DNA of 30,184 bases from Cyanophora paradoxa CCMP329 (taxonomy: Eukaryota; Plantae; Glaucophyta), in assembly GCA_004431415.1 (NCBI GenBank), contig QPMI01000711.1, positions 1-30,184 of the forward strand. The letters are read 5' to 3'. The position numbers and the translations under genes are program-made. Of this stretch, positions 1 through 7,376 are shown piece by piece (positions within the stretch are counted from its first letter, which is position 1; each line of letters opens with the position of its first letter). The notes beneath the pieces were generated by a model. That model saw only the letters and a program-made list of their open reading frames with translations, made no database searches and was not told the origin of the DNA.

Positions 1-2
1 CA

Positions 3-415
3 AGAATCAGGACATATGTCCCGGGAATGAATGAGCCTTACATTATCAAAATCAACACAATCATTATCAACCTTCAGACTGCTGTCATTGATGTTATAGA
101 GCCTTTGGGAAATCACTATAGATATACTGAGACGTTGCCTGCTGATATTTACGCATTATGTAGAAGAACAGATGGAGCAAGACCCCGAATTACTGTCCAA
201 GTAGTCCAGTAGATAATTTCGGACTTGCTTTCCATTCACTGCCACTTCTTGACACACAAGATGACCAATATATTATAAGAGCTACCCAGCAAGGGGCTTA
301 CACAGTGATTATGTATGCTGAAAGGAATGATGAAATTGCCAGAGGAAATAGATTTGGTCAATATCTAACCACAAATTTATACAATCCCATTGGAGGAAGT
401 GATCCTTTGCCTTAA
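3..415 (+). CDS. 3' end of a putative viral fibre/tail protein (C-terminal chaperone-like domain); one frameshift near 205-212
   Basis: Frame 3 reads RIRTYVPGMNEPYII...LPADIYALCR...PRITVQV. After a frame change it continues VDNFGLAFHSLP...YIIRATQQGAYTVIMYAERNDEIARG...PLP* (TAA 413-415). The LP..Y..L / VDNFG / Y.V...A.R.D pattern recalls C-termini of phage and giant-virus fibre proteins (recalled, not searched). Confidence 0.4.
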
Positions 416-459
416 ATACTGCAATCTTATTGTTTTTTCTATTCTATTGGTAATCAAAA

Positions 460-860
460 ATGCTTGCCAAAGTTACCACATAGGTTACCATGTGATGCTT
501 GATTTCCAATTCAGCCAACCAATTAGAGAATGTGGAGCTCTCTAAATGGCTCATGAATGTCAGTGAAGACATCATCAAGAAATATGGAATACAGGTTGTC
601 CACAAACATGCTGAGATTTTTGATGGCACCAAATCACCCCCTGGATTTGCCCAAGTATTATTATTAGAAAGCCATTGCTCTGCTCATTGCTACAGTGATC
701 AAGGCATGTTGGCAATAGATATATTCAGCTGTGGAAAACAGCAGAAAGGAATACAAGTTTTTGCTTTTTGAGCTGGAGGAAGGAGATAAACAAATGTGCT
801 GTTGGTGGGGCAGTAATTAAAAAGAGATTACACCATGAGAAAGGAGATTTGAGGTTTAAG
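460..860 (+). CDS. speD: Prokaryote/virus-type S-adenosylmethionine decarboxylase proenzyme (SpeD family), frameshifted as sequenced; 3' end approximate
   Basis: ORF 499-771 contains SPPGFAQVLLLESHCSAHCYSDQGMLAIDIFSCG, with the ESH autocleavage site, the second His, and the DIFxCG motif. The N-terminal strand IGYHVMLDF (G.H...D motif) lies in another frame just after ATG 460. Indels occur near 470, 515-525 and 765-775, and one residue appears to be missing before ESH. Confidence 0.85.
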
Positions 861-861
861 A

Positions 862-900
862 GAGGGGCAGGAGAGGCAAGAGAGGCAGGAGAGGCAGGAG
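862..900 (+). repeat. Tandem 9-mer GAGAGGCAG, about 4 copies
   Basis: gaggggcag gagaggcaa gagaggcag gagaggcag gag. Confidence 0.9.
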
Positions 901-973
901 GGTTATATGTAAAATCCCACACAAGAGGGGATTCCTTAGAAGTTTACAAATAACCCTCCTGCCTCTCCTGCCT
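883..973. repeat. Inverted repeat/hairpin with 31-bp arms (1 mismatch) and a 29-nt loop
   Basis: 883-906 aggcaggagaggcaggagggttat is the exact reverse complement of 950-973. After one A/A mismatch, tgtaaa (908-913) pairs with tttaca (943-948). Confidence 0.95.
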
Positions 974-976
974 AAT

Positions 977-1090
977 TGGTGCCGAATCCAAGCTTCTAAT
1001 ACCCCAGAGGCGGCCAACATACTGGTGCCAAAAAGACATGATTAATACCCTAAGACCTGAAATAAATGCTTACTACCCTAGTACCTGAAA
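977..1090 (+). repeat. Degenerate sub-terminal direct repeats
   Basis: TGGTGCC at 977 and 1023, and TAATACCC at 997 and 1043 (both 46 bp apart). taataccctaagacctgaaa (1043-1062) matches tactaccctagtacctgaaa (1071-1090) at 17/20. Confidence 0.75.
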
Positions 1091-1095
1091 CGCGC

Positions 1096-1170
1096 ACACA
1101 TAGGGATACCCCTGATCCAAGCCTGTAGGCCGAAGGCCGGAGGGCTTGGATCAGGGGTATCCCTATGTGT
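1096..1170. repeat. Perfect 28-bp inverted repeat with a 19-nt loop containing a GGCC-GAA-GGCC mini-hairpin
   Basis: acacatagggatacccctgatccaagcc (1096-1123) is the exact reverse complement of 1143-1170. Confidence 0.97.
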
Positions 1171-1229
1171 TACCCCCCTCGCTGTCGATGCCCCTGTTTC
1201 GTTAACGCACTGATCACCCCTCTCTCTAG

Positions 1230-2136
1230 TTCCTGGGCATTGTGTACTGGTACTACGACTCGAACAAGGAGGCGTGCGAGGAGGGCCGGAACATGCTGGT
1301 GGACATCGCTCAGGTCGGACCGATCTGAGGTCCAGATTGGATCTGCGGTCTGACGGGTACGAAGATCTCTCGGACCGTTGCGGAGGACACGGCTGTGCGG
1401 GCGGGGGAGGCCCTGGGCTTTGGGGCGCGAGGGGCCACGTCCAAGCAGGCGCGTACGGTCGCGATCGCGTTTCCGGACTGTACCCCCCTCGGCTGACTGG
1501 CGAACAGGTAGCAGATGTGCTGAAGGGGCTGGCAGAAAGGCGGGGCCCCGAGGGCTGCACCAGCGGCGGGGAGCTGGCGGGGTATGCGGCTCCCGAATCC
1601 GCCTCCTGCCAAGAGTTGACTGTATCCCTGTACCCCGCAGGGCCCTGAAGGATCGGTACCCCCACCTCACGGAGGAGAGGGCGCAGCGGTGGGCGGAGCG
1701 CGTTGCGGAGCGCGCGAGGTCGGAGCTGTCGGACGTGGATGAGGATCCGGAGAGGGCGAATTCGAAGGGAGGACGCCATCGGCGGGCGATCGCGAGGGCA
1801 GCTCGCGGGTTCGTCGACGTCCCCAATGAAGAAGCGCGGCATTCATTCACGTATCCGCGATGGGCTCACAGCACCCTTTTCTTTCAAGTTTCTCTCAGGA
1901 AAGAAGGCGGCGGAGGCGCCGGGCGTAGAGGCGAGTCTCTTCCTTGCAGTGCCTGCTCATGATCAGGTCCTCGAGCCTTCTGCTGATGCGCGCCCCAGGA
2001 GCGGCTGAAGGGGATGGAGCAGACGCTGGCGGAGGGGCGCGAGCGGATGCAGCGCATCGAGGCGCTCCTCGCCTCCCTCCTCGCAGCCTCTGGGGCGGGG
2101 CGGGGCGGCCGCCGGGCCCCCGTCGCCGCGAGGTAG
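1230..2136 (+). CDS. 3' exons of a host gene, possibly a polycystin-2/TRP-like channel C-terminus; 5' exons not in window
   Basis: Acceptor ctctctag at 1229, then FLGIVYWYYDSNKEACEEGRNMLVDIAQ | ISRTVAEDT...SKQ | VADVLKGLAE...ELAG | ALKDRYPHLTEERAQRW... | ERLKGMEQTLAEGRERMQRIEALLASLL...* (TAG 2134-2136). Introns at 1314-1364, 1449-1507 (GC), ~1582-1640 and 1931-1998 (GC); one apparent frameshift near 1767. The order end-of-TM, EF-hand-like segment, terminal coiled coil resembles the PKD2 tail (inference). Confidence 0.45.
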
Positions 2137-2531
2137 ATTCACCGCCTCTTCAAGGCTTGCCCAGTTTGCAGTTGCAAGCCAGCCGCTGAGCGTGGCTGCG
2201 TACGCATCGATCTTGATCTCGAAGGGCCGCCGCAGCCGTCCGTCGGCACCCGGCCCCATGCCACATGCACATGCATGATTGCCCTGCGGGAATGCACGCA
2301 CGGCACCACGTGCACGAGGCTGCCACGAGCCCCGGCCCGCGCCGCAGTTGCAGTGCCGCACATGCGCCCCGCAGCATGCGAAGCGGCCGCATGTCCCCCG
2401 CAGAGCGACATTCCGCAACGACTGTTGAATCGTACATGTTTAAGGCCGGAAGACGATTAGGTTCCTATCACGTAAACCGAGCTAGATTAATTGGCATCTC
2501 TAGATCTAGACCTCACGCTGGAATAGAAACA

Positions 2532-4359
2532 TTAAGAGGAGAGCGCCGGAGGGGCGGCGTCGGTGGCGGGAGAGGAGGTCGCGGCGGCGGGGGCGGGGGC
2601 GGGGGCGGGCTGCAGGCGGCTCCTGTTGAGCTTAACGGGGCCGGATCGCTTGGGCATCTTCACCTGCATCTTGACCTGCCGGCGGCCGCGTGAGCGCCGG
2701 CGGGGGTCGGGGCGCGAGGGGAGGCGCGGCGCACCTCGATGGACTGGCCGTTGCGGGTGACGGTGATCGTCTTCGTCACGAGCCCGTCCGCGTCGGGGGC
2801 GCTCTCCTTCGGGGCGGGCGAGGAGGTGGATGGCGACGGGGCGGGGGCGGGGGAGGTGGATGCAGGGGGGGCGATGGGCGCGGAGGCGGCAGCGACGGAG
2901 GCGCTCGCGGTCTCGGCGAGGGCCGCCCGTGCCGCTGCGGGCGCAGGCCCAGCAGGGGCCGAAGCGGGGCCCGAGGCGCTTGGGCAAGGTCCCGAGGGAG
3001 GTGCAAGGTCGGCATCCGAGGGCACGGGGCGGAGGGAGGCGGCGGGGGTGGGGGCGGCGGGGGCAGGTTCGGTGGGCGGCGGCGTCGCGGAGCGGGCGGA
3101 GGGGGGCGGAGAGGACGACTCGCTCGCGATGCTGGGGGCGTGCGCGGGCGGCGGCGACGCGAGGAGCGGCTGCGACTCTGCGGCGTCGGAGGACGATGTG
3201 GACGGGGCAGGCGCAGACGTCGGAGGACGGGGCAGCTGAACTGCGACTTCGTGGTGCCCGCGGCGAGAGCCGAGCGCTGCGCGGCCACCGGCCTTGGAGG
3301 AGACGCGCACAGAGAGGCCGTTCCCGAGGGCGACGGCGCGGGCTTCGGCCGCCGGTCGGGTAGCGGGAGCGCACGCGGGTGCGGTGGGCGGTTGCGCGGC
3401 TAGAAATTCTGCAGGTGAAGGAGACGGCGCCTTTTCTTCGGACGACGAGCTCGAGGAACTGACGCGTTCAGGCGCGGAGAGAGAGTCGGAGTCAGAGAAC
3501 CGGACGCGCTTTGTCTCCTTCCTTTCCGTGGCTGCTCGACAATTAGCTAAAGGAAAAGACAAAACGCAGGATGCGAACCTTCCTGAGTGTCGTTCTCGCC
3601 AGCTCGAACCGCTTCGGATGAAGGCGCTGGTACTGCGGAGGACTGTGCGCGAACCTTCTCCATCGCCTGCAGAGCACGTGCCCTGATTTCCGCCTCCAAA
3701 GATTCACCTGCGGCTTTGTGCCTCTCCTGTAGAAGAGCGAGGGCCTGGGTCCGGAGGGTATTCTCAACCTTTCTGTTCTGGAGGTGACAATCAGCGAGTG
3801 AAGAACGGCATTTGGAGTGATTGCCCGCACCCTCGCGCTCGACCTTCTCGCGGATTGCCTGCAGGGCCTTCCTCCGGAGCTTAAGCATCTCTATCTCTAC
3901 GCGGACCGTTTGCACCACGAGAAAAAGCCGTCACGTGCACACGCAGACGCACCAGAGCTCGCGCTAGGAACCATGGGAAGCGGCGCAGGCGATACCGAAG
4001 GTGAGTCGCTGCCAGAACCAGAGTCGCGCCGGCACTGCTTCTTCAGCTTCGCGGGATCTGCCTGGTGCTTCATCGCTTCGAGAACTTCATCAACATCAAG
4101 CTCGCCGTCAGAGAAGCCCTCCTCCTGCTGCCAACTCAGACGAATGCAAACAAGGCCATGGCATTTCCAAACAGACCAGTTCTCGGCGCTTCATCTCCTC
4201 GCGTTCTCGCCGCTTCTTGTCCCTGTAGAGCTCAAGGTCCCCGCCAGAGGAAGCATCCGCCTCTTTGATGCGGCTCGTCCCCTCGCGCAGCTTCTTCTGT
4301 TTTTCAAGGAAGCCATTCAGTGCCTGAGTCAACGTCTGCACGCCACCGTGATCCGCCAT
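2532..4359 (-). CDS. Multi-exon coiled-coil protein of unknown function with a Pro/Ser/Ala-rich C-terminal half
   Basis: Exon pieces MADHGGVQTL...EEMKRREL | LDVDEVLEAMKH... | EIEMLKLRRKALQAIREKVERE ... KETKRVRFSDSDS... | VKMQVKMPKRSG...ALSS*, joined by short introns. Several internal junctions are uncertain. Confidence 0.65.
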
Positions 4360-4580
4360 GACAAAGGAGCGGAGGGCATCTACCCCCCACAGACACTATG
4401 ATTCCTCTACCCCGCTCCGGGCGGATCAGACCGGATCTGACTGGCCACGGCCAGCGTCGCGGATGGATATCAAAATTGACTGCGCGCGGCCGAGTCGCGA
4501 TCGGAATCTTTGAAGCACTGCGCGCACTCGACCCCAGAGCACAACGCCTCAGGGCCTGGCCATGGGAGGCGCGGCGCCGG

Positions 4581-7207
4581 CTAAGGGGGCGGGGGCAGGC
4601 CCATCTTCGCAGCGGCCATGGCGTCGAGCTGGCCACGGGGCGAGGTGTCGGTACCGCATCCAATCCAACCATGCGCGCTACGCGGCCTTCACGAACCTGC
4701 CCGGACGTGTACGAGTCCACCCGCGGCTGCGTCCGCGGCACTGCCCGCGCGATCATCTCCTGCGCGTCCCGCCGGGCCCCCAGCCAAGGCCTGCCTCAGA
4801 CGGAGCAGCGAGGGCGGGCCGGGGGCGGGGGCCGGCGCGCGCCTGTGCGTAGGGCATGTGCGCGAGGCCGGCCTCCCGCAGCGCCACCGTGAGCTTGAAG
4901 CTGCGCCCGGCGCGTGCACGTGAGACTTCGAGATCCCCGCGAGGGAGGGAGGCTGGCGTGGGGTCCGGGGGCGCGCCGGGTGTCGGAGAAGAGCTGATCG
5001 ACGGTGTACCCGTGGACGGGGAAGAGCTCCTTGCCGGAGGGCCCCGCCGAGCCCGACGCCGAGGCCGCCGCCGCCGCCTCGCCCGAGACCATCGCCGCCG
5101 TCGGCCGCAGCAGCCGCGCCGGGTCGCTGGCCCCGCCCCGTCGGGGCGCGCCGGTCGGCGGGGCGGGGCGGGGCGGCGGCGCGCACCTCTCGACGACGGG
5201 GGCGACGGTCTCGCGGAGGCGGGCGAGGCGCGCCTCCCGCTCCGCCCGCTCCCGCTCCCGCTCCGCCGCCCGCTCCCGCTCCCCGCCACCTTCCGCTCCG
5301 CTCCTCCGCCCGCGCCGCCACCCGCGGCGCCGCCGCCTGCGACCCCCTCAGCCACGAGCGAGCGCAGAGCCCGCCCTCTCTCTCTTCGAGACCAGCCGCG
5401 CACGAGGAGGCGTGCGCGGGCCTCCTCCTCCTCGGCGCGCCTCGCCTCCTCCTCGGCGGCGCGCATGCGCTCCTGCTCGGCCCGCTGCGCCGCCCTGTAC
5501 TCCCCGATGAGCTTCCTGCGGGCCTCCCGCGCGGCCCGCTCCTCCGCCGAGCGGGCCTCGGCGCGCGCCGCCTCCTCCTCGGCCTGCCGCCGCTCGAGCT
5601 CGGCGAGCTCCGCCGCCCGCGCCTCGGCCGCCTCGCGCATGCCCCGCAGCCGCTCCCGCAGCTCGCCCCGCCGCGCCTCGAAGGCCCGCAGCTCGGCTTC
5701 CCGCTCCGCCCGCTCCCGCCCCTCCCGCACGCTCTCCGCGAAGGCCCGCTCCGCCTCCCGCGCCAGGGCCTCCCGCGCCGCGCCCCACGCCGAGAGCGCC
5801 GCCTTGCGCTTGGCGTGGTAGTAGCGCTGCCGGGCGTGCTGGTCGTGGAAGGCTTCGATGTCCATCCGCCGGCGGGCGGGCATCTCGAGGGCGAGGCGCT
5901 CGCAGATGGCGTCCCGCCCGAGGCCCTTCTTCTCGTACTCCTCGTAGATCTTGCGGAAGTGGAAGCGCGCCGGCTCGTCCCACGCCGCCGCGTCGGGGCC
6001 CCGCCCCGCCGCCTCCGCCGCCTCCAGCTCCTCCTTGTACCCCTTCAGCTGCCCGATGTACCGCAGGTCCAGCCTGCCGCCACGCCCGTCAGCCTGGAGC
6101 TCGGAGCCTGGAACGAGGGAGGGGCGGCCCGCACTCGGAGAATCGCTCCACGAACAGCGCGGCGAGGCGCGGGTCGGGCGTCGCCGCCGCCCCGCCCCCG
6201 TCCCCGGCCCCGCTCCCGCGGTCCGGTGCGCCGGCGTACGAGCGATCGCTGGCCGCGCCGTCGTCCTCGGGGGGCGGGGCGGGGGCGGGGCCGGGGGCGG
6301 CTCGGGGGGCGCCTCGAGGGCCTCGATCTGGGAGAGGGGCGGCACCGTCGCCGCCTCCGCCGCGGCCGCCGCGGCCTCCTCCGCCAGCTGCGCCCCGTAG
6401 GCCTTGTGCGGCCCGAAACGGAGCGGCGGGCGGGCGGGCGGCTGGGGCGCACCTCGGCGCCCCAGGCGTCGAAGCGTTCGCGGGCGGACTGGAGTTGGCG
6501 GCGGGCGAGGAGCGAGCCGCCGGGGGCCCCCGCGAGGCTCTTCACCACCTCGCGCGACTGCTCCACGTCCGCCATCAGCTCTGCCACCGCTCAGAGCGGC
6601 GCCGCACGAGCCGGGGACGGGGACGGCGTGCGCACCGTGGAAGAGCAGCAGGCGCGCCTTCTTGCACTCGAAGTCGATCGCCGCGAGCTGCCGCGCCATG
6701 TCGACGGCCTCCTCCTGCTCCTCCTCCTCCTTTTGATCGCCGCCCTCCTCCTCGAGCTCGACGCTCTCGTCGGCGTCCGGCCGCTCCTTCGAGACGGGCC
6801 GAACGCTCCTGCGCGCCTCCTCCGGCGGCGCCGCGGGGTCCCGGTCCTGCTCCAGCCTGTCGAGTATCTCCTGCAACTCCCCTTCCAGCTCGTCCCTGCG
6901 CGGATCTCGCGCACCAGCGGCCCACGCCGCGGAGCGGAGCGCACCTCAGCTTGCTGAGGCGCTGGCTCTCCTGGAGCCACTCTTTCTTGTGCTTGTTTAC
7001 AGCGCTGGACTTTTTGCTCTTGCTCGTCGCCTGCTCCAGGGCCTTGATCTTGCTCTCGATGTCGACGCTGCCAGCCTTCGCTTGCGCGACCTGGTACCGA
7101 GCCGCCTGCGTCGTCCCCGCTGGTGGCAGGTACGTGGGGACATTTACGTAGCGCGTCTTGCCCCGCGCATCGGCCTGCAGCGTCCTCACGATTTGTACGC
7201 CGGACAT
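4581..7207 (-). CDS. CCDC148: CCDC148-like coiled-coil (cilia-associated) protein
   Basis: N-terminus has KHKKEWLQESQRL. The middle has WDEPARFHFRKIYEEY...ERLALEMP...HDQHARQRYYHAKRKAALSAW, followed by a long charged helix. The spliced C-terminus reads ELFPVHGYTVDQLFSDTR|FKLTVALREAGLAHMPYAQ|EMIARA..., matching the conserved D.R.....ALREAGL....YA motif. Stop TAG at 4581-4583. Confidence 0.8.
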
Positions 7208-7376
7208 CCTCCGCCGCTGCCGCCGTACCGCTGAGGCCAGGCCAGGTCAGAATCTACTGATCAAGTGCACGCGACGGGTGATTTAGCTGCCGGGGAGGGC
7301 TGTAGCGCGCTGACGGATGTCGGACGGTGTACCCAAACCGGCAGCTTAGTCTGCTTAGACTGCTTTAGCTAAGGAC
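7208..7376. promoter_or_regulatory. 169-bp putative bidirectional promoter (CCDC148 / NPHP3-like)
   Basis: Divergent ATGs at 7207(-) and 7377(+); lower GC than the flanking exons. Confidence 0.55.

Larger units (their letters stand above)
1..1090. mobile_element. Right end of an AT-rich endogenous DNA-virus-like element (virophage/Polinton-like virus or NCLDV fragment); left part lies outside the window
   Basis: Composition switches abruptly from AT-rich to the very GC-rich host at about 1090-1170. Genes are intronless and closely packed, with virus-type products. No CpG between 222 and 982. Hairpins and repeats sit at the boundary. No hallmark capsid, ATPase or integrase gene is in view, so the class is unresolved. 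Confidence 0.75.

Noticed and set aside
210-483. TAG codons at 210 and 481 as stop-codon reassignment in the viral element
   Set aside because: The protein-like continuation lies in a different frame in both cases, so indels, not read-through, explain them.
1071-1082. TACTAC as a Polinton-type ...ACTACT terminus with a 6-bp target duplication
   Set aside because: Imperfect match, part of a longer direct repeat, and the other end is not visible to test it.
862-1090. Repeat cluster as a CRISPR-like array
   Set aside because: No constant repeat with unique equal-length spacers; eukaryotic/viral context and no cas genes.
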